NCBI RefSeq assembly: GCF_017876815.1
Contig: NZ_JAGIOS010000003.1
Coordinates: 1,050,001-1,082,000 of the forward strand
Direction: 5' to 3'
Source of the DNA: Sinorhizobium meliloti
GTDB taxonomy: Bacteria; Pseudomonadota; Alphaproteobacteria; Rhizobiales; Rhizobiaceae
Length of the DNA stretch: 32,000 bases
Below, one piece after another: positions 1 through 9,142 of the stretch; within the stretch, counting starts at the first letter, position 1, and each line of letters opens with the position of its first letter. Made by a program: the position numbers and the translations under genes. The notes under the pieces were generated by a model. It ran no database searches. It was given only the letters and a program-made list of their open reading frames with translations, and was not told where the DNA came from.

Positions 1-586
1 TGCCTTCAAAGCCGCGGCCACTCCAATCGATTTCGGAGACGGAGCACGCCCAGGCCTTGCGGACAAACACATCCGAAAACGCTTCGCAAAACGGCCGATC
101 GAAGCCGGCATTGTGGGCGATGATGAGATCCGCAGGCCCAACGATTGCTTGGACTGCAGCAATATCGATTGACTGGCCGGCGACCATGGCATCGGTGATA
201 CCCGTCAACCGGGTGATGTCGGGTGGAATGGCAATTGTCGGCTGCTGCAAACCGCCATAAACAGCTACCACATCGCCGATCTCGCCCTCCTCGTTGTAGG
301 TGAACGAGACAAGCCCGATCTCGATGATCTCGCATTTACGGGCATCGAGCCCGGTCGTCTCAGTGTCGAGGATGACGCCCCTCAGGGGAAAACCGGGCCT
401 CACCTCGGATGCGACCGTGCGAGCTTCAAGCTTTCGCAAGATCCTGTAGCGACCCGTCGCCTTCAACGCGGCAAGCATCTCGGTTTCGGAGAAGGATGTC
501 GACGTCTGCCGCCGGGCACGGCTTGCCTCGGCTCTCGCGGCTGCTGGTCGCACATCTCGGGCAAACATGTCGAGCTGAGAGGTCAT
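1..586 (-). CDS. DEDD-family (DnaQ-like) 3'-5' exonuclease, N-terminal ~195 codons; the 3' end lies beyond the left window edge
   Basis: Absent from the ORF track because no stop codon lies inside the window. Reverse-strand ATG at 586-584, frame open to position 1: MTSQLDMFARDVRPAAARAEASRARRQTSTSFSETEMLAALKATGRYRILRKLEARTVASEVRPGFPLRGVILDTETTGLDARKCEIIEIGLVSF...LIIAHNAGFDRPFCEAF. ExoI (ILDTETTG) and ExoII (HNAGFD) motifs are present. Track ORFs 6..335(-) and 57..260(+) are other frames of this gene. Confidence 0.8.
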   Translation of the reverse strand, partial: MTSQLDMFARDVRPAAARAEASRARRQTSTSFSETEMLAALKATGRYRILRKLEARTVASEVRPGFPLRGVILDTETTGLDARKCEIIEIGLVSFTYNEEGEIGDVVAVYGGLQQPTIAIPPDITRLTGITDAMVAGQSIDIAAVQAIVGPADLIIAHNAGFDRPFCEAFSDVFVRKAWACSVSEIDWSGRGFEG

Positions 587-715
587 CCGATCCCCATCGT
601 TAAGGTGCGTCAACTCTAAAGCGCCGGTTGCCCTATGAACACCTCCCCATGCTCATACCCACCGATAATGCGATGGAGCACCCCACATGCGCTATTTTCA
701 GCGCGTCGGCAACAA

Positions 716-1396
716 TCAGGCCGGGACGGCCGTTTTTGCCTGCATATCCTGCTGCGGCCACCGCTGCAGTGCTTCCCGTCCAGCCGCTGTCAAGCCGTAG
801 ACACCTCTGTCGAGCCGTTCAAACCAGCCATAGACATTCGCAAGCAGTATCTTCCCGGCATCCGGTACGCTGGATCTGATTTCACGCACGCGCAGCGGGC
901 CTGATGTCAGGGCCAGCGCACAGCCGAGCGCCTGCTGGCGGTACGCCGTCATGACAGGCGCGCGTGTGCTCCCGCCTATTGCGGGATCGCCGCGTCGCCT
1001 CCGGTGTTCGCGCATGAGCTTCGAACGCCGTTTCGGATTGGTTCGCGGCATCGGCGTCACGGAGCCGACGATCACGCTGACGTCGCCGGCGTCGGAAATG
1101 CCGAGCATGCCGACCCCGAGCCTGCGACAGAGATCGCGGTAGCGTTTGTCGGCCTCCCGACCCTTTCCCTTGGCCGAAACTCGCGCCGCGATCCAGACCT
1201 CGTCCGCGACAGCGGCGCGATCTACGGCCTGCAGTATGAGCTCCAGATTGAAGCGCAGCTTCAGCTCGCAGATCACGACCACGGGCGGATCGTCGTCGCT
1301 CAGGCCGACGAGATCGCAGCCGTCAACCTCGCCCTTGACGACGTAACCTGCCTTTTCGAGAAAGCCTTTGACGGGGAGATAAAGCGACGTTTCCAT
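716..1396 (-). CDS. DUF2161-like protein: N-terminal PD-(D/E)XK nuclease-like fold plus C-terminal winged-helix-like region
   Basis: 226-aa ORF. It has a D...E-x-K pattern (GCDLVG ... VVICELK), a basic linker (RTNPKRRSKLMREHRRRRG) and a helical C-terminus. The family assignment is from memory of DUF2161/COG5321 proteins, not from a search. Confidence 0.65.
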   Translation of the reverse strand: METSLYLPVKGFLEKAGYVVKGEVDGCDLVGLSDDDPPVVVICELKLRFNLELILQAVDRAAVADEVWIAARVSAKGKGREADKRYRDLCRRLGVGMLGISDAGDVSVIVGSVTPMPRTNPKRRSKLMREHRRRRGDPAIGGSTRAPVMTAYRQQALGCALALTSGPLRVREIRSSVPDAGKILLANVYGWFERLDRGVYGLTAAGREALQRWPQQDMQAKTAVPA

Positions 1397-1476
1397 GTGC
1401 CTGCAGGTTTAAGCGAAGAATCGCTGTGTAAACTATCTCGATCCGCCCGTAGGAGACAATCGTCCTACGGAATCGA

Positions 1477-1506
1477 TAAAAGCCCACGGCCGGTCGACCG
1501 TGGGCT
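1477..1506 (-). terminator. Rho-independent terminator of the FAH-dctQMP operon
   Basis: On the minus strand: AGCCCACGG-TCGACCGG-CCGTGGGCT (9-bp GC-rich stem, 8-nt loop) followed by TTTTATCGATT. It lies ~55 nt downstream of the dctP-like stop at 1560. Confidence 0.7.
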
Positions 1507-1559
1507 TCCTGGAAGGCATAGAGCATGGCCACGTTCCGTGACCTAGCCAGTTCTTTTGT

Positions 1560-2564
1560 TTACTTGCGGATCTCTTCCAGCTTGGCGAGAATGGCGTCTA
1601 CCACCTCGGCACCGATCTCAGCCTTGTGCTTTTCATAGACGACCATGGACTTCTCGCGGATGCGAGCCTGTTCTTCAGCAGACAGGGTGTTCACTTCGAG
1701 ACCAGCTTCCTTGATTTTCTCCAGCGACTTCTTGTTGAGGTCCTGGATGACCTTACGCTCCTCGTCGCGACCGACGACTGCGCATTCACGCAGTGCTGCC
1801 TGCTCTTCCGGCGTATAGCTGTCGAAGATCGGCTTCGAGAACAGGAAGAGGAAGGGCGTGTAAGCGTGGTTCGTCTCGGTCACGTACTTCTGCACTTCGA
1901 AGAACTTCGACGTATCGATCGTCACATAGGGGTTTTCCTGCGCGTCGATCGCCTTGGTTTCGAGTGCCGAGAAGACTTCGCCGAAAGCCATCGGAGTGGC
2001 GTTGGCGCCGAGGTTCTGGAAGGTGTCGAGGAAGATGTTGTTCTGCATCACGCGAACCTTCATTCCTTCGAAGTCTTCCCACTTGGTGACCGGACGAACC
2101 GAGTTCGACAGGTTACGGAAGCCGTTTTCCCAATAGGCGAGATTGACCAGGCCGGCAGCTTCCAGCTTCTCGTTCATCATGTCGCCGAAATCGCCATCGA
2201 GCACCGTGTAGGCTTCCTGAGCGTTGGCGAAGAGGAACGGCAGGTCGAATACGCCGAGTGCCGGGATGATGCCGACGAGCGGCGAGGACGACGTGACGAC
2301 GGCCTCCTGTACGCCGGAGCGCAGGGCCTGCGTCGCCTGAAGGTCGCCGCCAAGCGCGCCGCCCCAGAAAGCGGTGAGCTTTAGCTTGCCACCGGATTTC
2401 TGATCGAGACAGGCCTGCATCGCCTTGATGCCGTTACCGACCGGATGGTCTTCGTTGATGCCGTTCGACACGCGGATGTTGCGGTCGTTGAACTCGGCGA
2501 AAGCCGGCGCCGCGGCCGAATAACCGAAAGCGATGGCCGTCGTGGCAAGAAGCAGTTTTCTCAC
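1560..2564 (-). CDS. TRAP transporter substrate-binding protein (DctP family)
   Basis: 334 aa with a signal peptide (MRKLLLATTAIAFGYSAAAPAFA) and DctP-like sequence throughout. SD GGGAGGA lies upstream of the ATG. It is last in an operon with the DctQ and DctM components. Confidence 0.9.
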   Translation of the reverse strand: MRKLLLATTAIAFGYSAAAPAFAEFNDRNIRVSNGINEDHPVGNGIKAMQACLDQKSGGKLKLTAFWGGALGGDLQATQALRSGVQEAVVTSSSPLVGIIPALGVFDLPFLFANAQEAYTVLDGDFGDMMNEKLEAAGLVNLAYWENGFRNLSNSVRPVTKWEDFEGMKVRVMQNNIFLDTFQNLGANATPMAFGEVFSALETKAIDAQENPYVTIDTSKFFEVQKYVTETNHAYTPFLFLFSKPIFDSYTPEEQAALRECAVVGRDEERKVIQDLNKKSLEKIKEAGLEVNTLSAEEQARIREKSMVVYEKHKAEIGAEVVDAILAKLEEIRK

Positions 2565-2615
2565 GGGGTATCCTCCCTTGGATTTGTTGGTGAGGGGTTG
2601 CGGGTTAAAGCCCTT

Positions 2616-3893
2616 CTAATGCAGCCAGCGTGCGGGCACGATGACGATGTCCGGAAACAGGACCAGAAGGAAAAGCACGAGAATCTGGGCCACCAGGAAT
2701 GGTGTCACGCCGACAATTACCTTCCCAAGCGGAACCCGGCCGACGCCGCTGACGACGTTCAGTACGACGCCGACAGGGGGGGTCAGCAGCCCTATGCAGG
2801 TATTCATGATGAACAGGACACCGAAATAGACAGGATCGATTCCGGCTTGCTTGATAATCGGCATGAGCACTGGCGTCAGGATCAGGATCGTGGGCGTAAG
2901 GTCGAGTGCTGTGCCCACCACCAATACGACCAGCATGATGACGAACATCAGAAGCGTCGGGCGGTCGATCAGCGGAGAGATGAAGCCGGTGATTTCCGCT
3001 GGTATATTCGCTGCAGTTATCAGCCACGAGGAAACAAGCGCAGCGCAAACGAGGAACATGATCACAGCGGTGGTCTTCGCCGCCTGGAGGATGACACCCG
3101 GCAGGTCACGCGGCTTGAGTTCTCGATAAATGACCATGCCGACGAAGAGTGCATAGACTGCGGCGACCACAGCGGCTTCGGTCGGCGTCACGACACCGGC
3201 CTTGATGCCGCCGAGGATGATCACCGGCATGCCAAGAGCCCAAAGCGCCCGCCCGGTGGCGCCGACCCGCTCCTTCATCGGCGTGCGTGGAAGCGGCTGG
3301 ATATCATCCTTCCGCACGACCAGCAGCCACGTTGCGACAAGGGCAATACCCATGATGAGGCCGGGCACGATGCCTGCCATGAAGAGCTGCGTAATCGAGA
3401 CGTTTGCCGCCACCCCGAACACAATGAAGGCCATGGATGGCGGAATTACGGGGGCGATGATACCACCCGCAGCGATAAGGCCCGCGGACCGGGGAACGTT
3501 GTAGCCAGCCTTCGCCATCATCGGGATCAGGATTGCCGCAAGTGCCGCGGTGTCGGCTGCCGCCGAACCCGAGATACTTGCCATGATCACGGCCGCCATG
3601 ATGGCAACGATGCCGAGGCCGCCGCGTATATGACCGACACAGGCGATTGCGAAATCGATGATGCGACGCGACAGTCCGCCGGCATTCATCAACTCACCGG
3701 CTAAAATGAAGAACGGAATGGCGAGGAGCGTGAAGGTATCGGCGCCCGCGATCATGTTTTGAGCGATGATCTGGGTATTGAACATGCCCATGTACCACAT
3801 GAGTATGACGCCGCAGAACATCAGCGAGAAGGCAACCGGCACGCCGATTGCCATGGCGCCAAGCAGCGAAACGATGAAGACGACAAGGGTCAT
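2616..3893 (-). CDS. TRAP transporter large permease (DctM family)
   Basis: 425 aa, highly hydrophobic multi-span protein with a typical DctM N-terminus (MTLVVFIVSLLGAMAIGVPVAFSL). Its start overlaps the dctQ-like stop by 1 nt. Confidence 0.9.
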   Translation of the reverse strand: MTLVVFIVSLLGAMAIGVPVAFSLMFCGVILMWYMGMFNTQIIAQNMIAGADTFTLLAIPFFILAGELMNAGGLSRRIIDFAIACVGHIRGGLGIVAIMAAVIMASISGSAAADTAALAAILIPMMAKAGYNVPRSAGLIAAGGIIAPVIPPSMAFIVFGVAANVSITQLFMAGIVPGLIMGIALVATWLLVVRKDDIQPLPRTPMKERVGATGRALWALGMPVIILGGIKAGVVTPTEAAVVAAVYALFVGMVIYRELKPRDLPGVILQAAKTTAVIMFLVCAALVSSWLITAANIPAEITGFISPLIDRPTLLMFVIMLVVLVVGTALDLTPTILILTPVLMPIIKQAGIDPVYFGVLFIMNTCIGLLTPPVGVVLNVVSGVGRVPLGKVIVGVTPFLVAQILVLFLLVLFPDIVIVPARWLH

Positions 3894-4426
3894 TAAGTGC
3901 GCTCCGCCAGCTGCTCGAGAGACATGTTTTCACCGGCGAAGGCGGCGATTTCTTCTTCCGTGACGCGCCCCGTCAGCAAGCGGAAAAGGCGCTCGAGCGC
4001 GATCAGGACCACGCCCGCTCCGGTGAAGAACCCGATCCCGTAGACCCACAGCATCGAGATGCCGGTGACCGGTGCGGCCATCGAGGCGTTGATCGGCGAC
4101 TGCTTCCAGGTGCCCCAGAAGAAGATCGCCGAGACGGCGATGACGACGATATTGGAGAGGATCATACAGATGATGCGGCCCTTGCGGCCGAACAACGTGA
4201 CCAAGGTCTCGACCCCGACATGCGAATTTTCGCGGAAGGTGACAACCGCACCGATGAAGGTGAGCCACACGAAGAAATACCGCGACATCTCGTCTGATAC
4301 GTTGATGCCGGAGTTGAAGCCGTAGCGCATCACGACGTTCAGGAACACCATCACGGCCATGCCTGCGAGCAGCACGATCAAGAGCAGCTCGAGCAGTTTG
4401 TAGAAAGTATCGATCGCTTTTTGCAT
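3893..4426 (-). CDS. TRAP transporter small permease (DctQ family)
   Basis: 177 aa with four hydrophobic segments. It sits between the FAH gene and the DctM gene. SD GGGAGGG lies upstream of the ATG. Confidence 0.85.
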   Translation of the reverse strand: MQKAIDTFYKLLELLLIVLLAGMAVMVFLNVVMRYGFNSGINVSDEMSRYFFVWLTFIGAVVTFRENSHVGVETLVTLFGRKGRIICMILSNIVVIAVSAIFFWGTWKQSPINASMAAPVTGISMLWVYGIGFFTGAGVVLIALERLFRLLTGRVTEEEIAAFAGENMSLEQLAERT

Positions 4427-4444
4427 CTATCCCTCCCGTTTCGC

Positions 4445-5623
4445 CTACAAGAGCCCACGCTCGGCCAGGTTTTTCATCAGAGCGCCGAGGCCGAAGCTCC
4501 ATTTCGGGCAGCGGTCGCTATGATCGACCCAATTTACGAGGCGTCCGAGGCGCGGCGTCGAGATCTCGACCCGGTCTCCAATTTCATGCGTGAAGCCGAG
4601 CCCGGTGCCCCTACGGTCCTTGACTGGCGCAAACATCGTTCCGAGGAAGAAGACCACGCCATCCGGATACTGGTGGTTGTCGTTGAGAAGCTGCGAGACG
4701 AGGTCTTCCGGGCTGCGGCTGATCGCCGACATCGGGCTGATGCCGGTCATCCTGAAACCTTCTTTGCCGTCGACGACGAGCGAGACTTCCGCCTGCTTCA
4801 CGTCCTCGATCGTGAAAGCACCGTCGAAGAGCCGGATGAACGGGCCGATCGAGCATGACGCATTATTGTCCTTCGCCTTGCTGAGAAGCAGTGCGGAGCG
4901 GCCTTCGAAGTCCCGAAGATTGACGTCGTTGCCGAGCGTCGCACCGACGATCTTGCCCTTCGACGTGACGGCCAGCACCACTTCCGGCTCCGGATTGTTC
5001 CAGTCGGACTTGGGGTGGATGCCGATATAGGCACCACAACCGACCGAAGACATGGGCTGCGCCTTGGTGAAGATTTCAGCATCCGGACCGATGCCCACTT
5101 CGAGGTACTGCGACCAAAGACCGAGCTCCTGGAGCAGCTTCTTGACCTCGGCCGCCTTGTCGGAGCCGGCGACGAGGCCTTTGAGATTGTCGCCGAGGAC
5201 GGGGGCCAGCCGGCCGCGAATTTCCTGCGCGCGCAGCGGATCGCCCTTGGCCTGCTCCTCGATCACGCGCTCCAGCATGCTGTCCGCAAAGGTGACGCCG
5301 GCCGCCTTGACGGCCTGCAGATCGGCAGGCGCCAGAAGATCGCCCGCCTCGCCACGGAGGAATGCATCGAGAGAGCCGAGACTTGCAAAGCGCGACGGGT
5401 CGCGCAAAGCGTCGACAAGGCCGTCGATCTCAAGAAGCGCGGAAATCGTTGCCGCGAGCGGGGTCAGGTCGAAGACCTCTCCTTCCGAGATCAGGACCGG
5501 GCAAGGTCCGCCGGCGGTTTTGGACCAGACGCGCCCGACGAGCATCGCGCTGGATGCATCCGCGGGTTGGATTGATTCGGCGCTCAGTGCCTGTTCGAAA
5601 CTCACGAGAAAACCTCCGCTCAT
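4445..5623 (-). CDS. Fumarylacetoacetate hydrolase (FAH) family protein, long form; candidate XylX-like 2-keto-3-deoxy-aldonate dehydratase (a diketo-acid hydrolase role cannot be excluded)
   Basis: 392-aa ORF and first gene of the FAH-dctQMP operon (18-nt gap to dctQ). FAH-family call by sequence resemblance. Its length matches the long XylX-type members rather than the ~285-aa hydrolases (recollection). Confidence 0.7.
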   Translation of the reverse strand: MSGGFLVSFEQALSAESIQPADASSAMLVGRVWSKTAGGPCPVLISEGEVFDLTPLAATISALLEIDGLVDALRDPSRFASLGSLDAFLRGEAGDLLAPADLQAVKAAGVTFADSMLERVIEEQAKGDPLRAQEIRGRLAPVLGDNLKGLVAGSDKAAEVKKLLQELGLWSQYLEVGIGPDAEIFTKAQPMSSVGCGAYIGIHPKSDWNNPEPEVVLAVTSKGKIVGATLGNDVNLRDFEGRSALLLSKAKDNNASCSIGPFIRLFDGAFTIEDVKQAEVSLVVDGKEGFRMTGISPMSAISRSPEDLVSQLLNDNHQYPDGVVFFLGTMFAPVKDRRGTGLGFTHEIGDRVEISTPRLGRLVNWVDHSDRCPKWSFGLGALMKNLAERGLL

Positions 5624-5651
5624 CTCGTACCTCGAAGGTACGGGTCCTCTA

Positions 5652-5670
5652 TTGTCAGGATGTCTGACAA
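5652..5670. promoter_or_regulatory. Candidate GntR/FadR-type operator upstream of the FAH-TRAP operon
   Basis: Perfect inverted repeat TTGTCAG-gatgt-CTGACAA, 29-47 nt upstream of the FAH start codon. It lies in the 155-bp gap directly downstream of the GntR gene. The GT..AC core is typical of GntR-family sites. Confidence 0.45.
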
Positions 5671-5778
5671 CGAGATGACCTGCTTCTAGTATGACTTTTT
5701 GGCCATGTCTAGGCCGTCGGTAGGTAAAGTCTGATACGCCACCAAGACCTCACAGGCTGCGCCGTCCGACCCGAAAAT

Positions 5779-6495
5779 TCAGGACGAGAAGCTTTCGATC
5801 GTCAGGTCCAGGCGGGCCGCCGCCCCGTTCAGATGATGGCGCATCGCCTCCTCGGCCTTGACCGGATCTCGCGCCGCCACGCCATTTCGGATGGAGACAT
5901 GTTCCGCAATCGTGACTTCGACGATCTCCTCCAGTATTGCAGCGGCGCGTGCCGCGTTGATCGCCAGGCTGATCCGCTCCGCGATGAATCCGATGAAAAG
6001 CAGGAAATATTCGTTATGGGTGGCCGCCGCAATCGCGCGATGAAAAGCGAGGTCGGCGACGATCCCCTGCTCCGTCCATTTTTCCGCGCCGGTCATCTGC
6101 TGCAACGCCTCGTCGATCTTGCCCAAATCCTGCGGTGTATGATGGATCGCCGCAAGTCGAGCCGCCTCCACCTCAAGCGGAATACGGAGTTGAAACAAAT
6201 CACGGAAACTTCCGCGATTAGCGAGATCTCCCTGCTCTATCCGGAGCGATTGCCGTCGCTCGATTTCCGTGGCGAAGGCGCCGACGCCCTGGCGGGTTTC
6301 CACCAGGCCTTCATTTCGCAATTGAGCTATAGCCTCCCGCACCACCGAGCGGCTGACCCCGAAGGTCGTGGCGAGCAGATGCTCCGTCGGTAGTTTCTCT
6401 CCGGGGGCGATACGTCCTTCGGTGATCTCCCTGCCGATCTTCGCCGCGATGCGCGCGGGCAAATGCTCGCTCCTGCTGATCTGGCCGAAATCCAT
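5779..6495 (-). CDS. GntR family transcriptional regulator, FadR subfamily (wHTH + FCD domain)
   Basis: HTH segment LPTEHLLATTFGVSRSVVREAIAQLRNEGLVETRQGVGAFA followed by a helical FCD-like C-terminus. The start is ambiguous: ATG 6495, TTG 6504 (SD AAGGGAG 7 nt upstream) or the track TTG at 6537, which overlaps the upstream gene by 19 nt. Confidence 0.85.
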   Translation of the reverse strand: MDFGQISRSEHLPARIAAKIGREITEGRIAPGEKLPTEHLLATTFGVSRSVVREAIAQLRNEGLVETRQGVGAFATEIERRQSLRIEQGDLANRGSFRDLFQLRIPLEVEAARLAAIHHTPQDLGKIDEALQQMTGAEKWTEQGIVADLAFHRAIAAATHNEYFLLFIGFIAERISLAINAARAAAILEEIVEVTIAEHVSIRNGVAARDPVKAEEAMRHHLNGAAARLDLTIESFSS

Positions 6496-6518
6496 TGTCG
6501 CCAAGATTGCACTCCCTT

Positions 6519-7964
6519 TTAGAATCTCAGTTGACAACCAGGATTCATGATCATTTCCGGGTCAACGGCATGCTTGAGCGCCGTCAACAGTTTTCGGCGG
6601 GTCGCGGGCAGCCTGGCGTCGAAATCCGGTCGCTTCAAGCGCCCAATGCCGTGCTCGGCGCTGATGCTTCCGGTATAGCGATCGAGCACCTCGTTCACGA
6701 CCGTCTTGGCCCTGTAGATCAATTGGATCCGCTCCTCGGGCGTACTGCCGGCCGGCGGCAGGACGTTAAGATGCACATTGCCGTCGCCGACATGGCCATA
6801 GGAAACGCTGACGGCGCCCGGAAGCGCCTCGGAGACTGCCTTTTCCGCCTCCTCTACGAAGGAGGCCAGCTGTGAGAGCGGTACGGAGATATCGGTGCGC
6901 ATATGAGTGCCGCGTTTCGCCTGACCTTCGTTCATGCCCTCGCGGATCAACCAAAGATTGCGCGCCTGCGTCTGCGAGGCGGCGATCGTTCCGTCAAGGA
7001 CCAGCCCTTCCTCCATCACACCTTCAAGGAAGCGCTGCATCAGATCGTCGACATCGACGAGGCCGGAGCCGGAAATCTCCATCAGCACATAGGCCGGATA
7101 TTCCGCCGAGATCGGGATCGGCAGATCGGGCATCGCCTCCTGCGCCAGGGTGAAGGCGAGCGGCGGCATGAATTCGAAAGCCGACATCAGGTCGCAGCAG
7201 TCCCGACGCGCCCGGCGATAGAGCTTGATGGCATCTTCCAGGGAGGCAAGACCGAGCAGCGCCGTGGCTACGTGGTCGGGATAGGGCGTCAGCTTGACGG
7301 AGACGGCGGTGATGATGCCGAGCGTGCCTTCTGCACCGATGAACAGCTGCTTCAGGTCGATGCCGCGATTGTCCTTTCTCAACGTCGACAGGCCTTCGAG
7401 GATGCTGCCGTCCGGGAGGACCACTTCAAGGCCCAGCACCAGTTCGCGGGTCATGCCGTAGCGGAGCACATTGACGCCGCCGGCATTCGTCGAAACATTT
7501 CCCCCGATCTGACAGCTTCCCTGCGCGCCGAGCGCAAGCGGAAAGAACATGCCCATCTTCGCTATCGCGTCCTTGAGCTCGGACAGGATGCAGCCGGACT
7601 CGACAACCGCCGAAAAATCGGCCGGATCGATCTTGCGGATGCGGTTCATGCGGGAGAGAGAAAGCACGACCTGCCTCTCCGGAGCATCGGGGATCGCGCC
7701 GAGCACGAGGCCGGTATTGCCGCCCTGCGGCACGATCGAAAGCCCAAGTTCCCGGCAGGCTTTCACGGCCGCCGCCACCTGCTGCGTCGAGCGCGGGCGA
7801 ATCACCGCCACGGTGCCGCTGGTTACGTCGCCATGCCAGTCGCGGCAGAAACGGAGCAATTCCTCCGTTTCGCTCAGCACGATATCTTCACCAAGCATCT
7901 GACGTAGCGCCAGGCGCAGTTCCGCAGGGCCTTTCGCATCCTCTATCGTGCCTGCGCTCGTCAT
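6519..7964 (-). CDS. FAD-binding oxidoreductase (GlcD / D-lactate / D-2-hydroxyacid dehydrogenase family)
   Basis: 481 aa with FAD_binding_4-like N-half (PQGGNTGLVLGAIP, GSCQIGGNVSTNAGG) and FAD-oxidase C-terminal half. SD GAGGAGG lies upstream of the ATG at 7964. Confidence 0.85.
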   Translation of the reverse strand: MTSAGTIEDAKGPAELRLALRQMLGEDIVLSETEELLRFCRDWHGDVTSGTVAVIRPRSTQQVAAAVKACRELGLSIVPQGGNTGLVLGAIPDAPERQVVLSLSRMNRIRKIDPADFSAVVESGCILSELKDAIAKMGMFFPLALGAQGSCQIGGNVSTNAGGVNVLRYGMTRELVLGLEVVLPDGSILEGLSTLRKDNRGIDLKQLFIGAEGTLGIITAVSVKLTPYPDHVATALLGLASLEDAIKLYRRARRDCCDLMSAFEFMPPLAFTLAQEAMPDLPIPISAEYPAYVLMEISGSGLVDVDDLMQRFLEGVMEEGLVLDGTIAASQTQARNLWLIREGMNEGQAKRGTHMRTDISVPLSQLASFVEEAEKAVSEALPGAVSVSYGHVGDGNVHLNVLPPAGSTPEERIQLIYRAKTVVNEVLDRYTGSISAEHGIGRLKRPDFDARLPATRRKLLTALKHAVDPEMIMNPGCQLRF

Positions 7965-8075
7965 GCTGCTTGCCCCTCCTCGCGCGCCTCTCAGAAAGCG
8001 CCCGCCATGCCTGCACGCGACCGAGAATCTTTCGCTCGAACCGCCACTATCCTGTTTTCAATCGAACCATATAAG

Positions 8076-8088
8076 GTTATCAGACAAC
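8076..8088. promoter_or_regulatory. Weak candidate regulator site in the divergent promoter region
   Basis: Imperfect palindrome GTTATCAGACAAC (10 of 13 positions self-complementary). It shares the GACAAC half with the 5652-5670 site but lacks the 5-nt spacer architecture. Confidence 0.2.
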
Positions 8089-8158
8089 CGTACAAGACAA
8101 AATTTCGACCCGCATGAAGACCTGATCGCATGCGGCCTCACTCAAGGAGGAGACATTC

Positions 8159-9142
8159 ATGCATATCCTGATCATCGGCGCTGCCGGCATGGTCGGCCGC
8201 AAGCTCACGCAGCGGCTCGTCAAGGACGGCACTCTCGGCGGAAACCGGGTGGAGAAGCTGACGCTCGTGGACGTAGTGGCGCCGGAAAGGCCGCAGGGCT
8301 TTGCCGGAACGGCCGTTGCACGCGAAGGCGACCTTTCCGCTTCCGGCGAAGCCGAGAAGCTCGTCGAGGGGCGCCCGGATGTCATCTTCCATCTGGCGGC
8401 AATCGTCTCCGGTGAAGCCGAACTGGATTTCGACAAGGGCTACCGGATCAATCTCGACGGCACGCGCTATCTCTTCGATGCGATCCGCCTTGCTCACGAT
8501 CAGGACGGCTACAAGCCTCGCCTTGTCTTCACCTCATCGATCGCCGTGGTCGGAGCGCCGCTCCCCTTCCCCATCCCGGACGATTATCATCTTACTCCGC
8601 TTACGAGCTACGGCACCCAGAAAGCGATCTGCGAGCTGCTGCTCTCCGACTACAGCCGCCGCGGCTTCTTCGATGGCATCGGCATCCGCCTGCCGACGAT
8701 CTGCATCCGCCCCGGCAAGCCCAACAAAGCGGCTTCCGGCTTCTTCTCCAATATCCTGCGCGAGCCGCTGGTCGGCCAGGAAGCCGTGCTGCCTGTTTCG
8801 GAGGATGTCCGCCACTGGCACACCTCGCCGCGCTCGGCGGTCGGCTTCCTCATCCATGGCGCGACCATCGACCTTGAAAAAGTTGGCCCGCGTCGCAACC
8901 TTTCCATGCCGGGTCTCAGTGCCACCGTGGGCGAGCAGATCGAAGCGCTGCGCCGCGTTGCCGGCGAAAAGGCCGTGCAGCTGATCCGCCGCGAACCCGA
9001 CGAGATGATCATGAAGATGGTCGCCGGCTGGGCGCCGGGCTTCGAGGCCAAACGCGCCACCGAACTTGGCTTCACTGCCGAAAAGAGCTTCGACGAGATC
9101 ATCCGCGTTCACATCGAGGATGAACTGGGAGGGAAGCTGTGA
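8159..9142 (+). CDS. NAD-dependent epimerase/dehydratase-fold SDR, DenD (D-erythronate dehydrogenase)-like
   Basis: 327 aa with Rossmann motif IIGAAGMVGRKL and the conserved block GIRLPTICIRPGKPNKAASGFFSNILREPL, which I recall from proteins annotated as D-erythronate dehydrogenase. Strong SD AAGGAGGAG lies before the ATG. Confidence 0.75.
   Translation: MHILIIGAAGMVGRKLTQRLVKDGTLGGNRVEKLTLVDVVAPERPQGFAGTAVAREGDLSASGEAEKLVEGRPDVIFHLAAIVSGEAELDFDKGYRINLDGTRYLFDAIRLAHDQDGYKPRLVFTSSIAVVGAPLPFPIPDDYHLTPLTSYGTQKAICELLLSDYSRRGFFDGIGIRLPTICIRPGKPNKAASGFFSNILREPLVGQEAVLPVSEDVRHWHTSPRSAVGFLIHGATIDLEKVGPRRNLSMPGLSATVGEQIEALRRVAGEKAVQLIRREPDEMIMKMVAGWAPGFEAKRATELGFTAEKSFDEIIRVHIEDELGGKL

Noticed and set aside
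1447-1470. Perfect 8-bp hairpin CCGTAGGA-gacaatcg-TCCTACGG, as a second terminator
   Set aside because: No U-tract follows on either strand. It lies downstream of the real terminator and upstream of the DUF2161-like gene. It might be a protein-binding site, but there is no supporting evidence.
2445-3704. 419-aa plus-strand ORF
   Set aside because: It is antisense to the DctM permease gene. The D/R/H/G-rich composition is typical of shadow ORFs in GC-rich DNA. The opposite strand encodes a clearly recognisable membrane protein.
6903-7907. 334-aa plus-strand ORF, plus other ORFs within 6495-7964
   Set aside because: They are antisense to, or out of frame with, the FAD-binding oxidoreductase and have an R/D/H-rich shadow composition.
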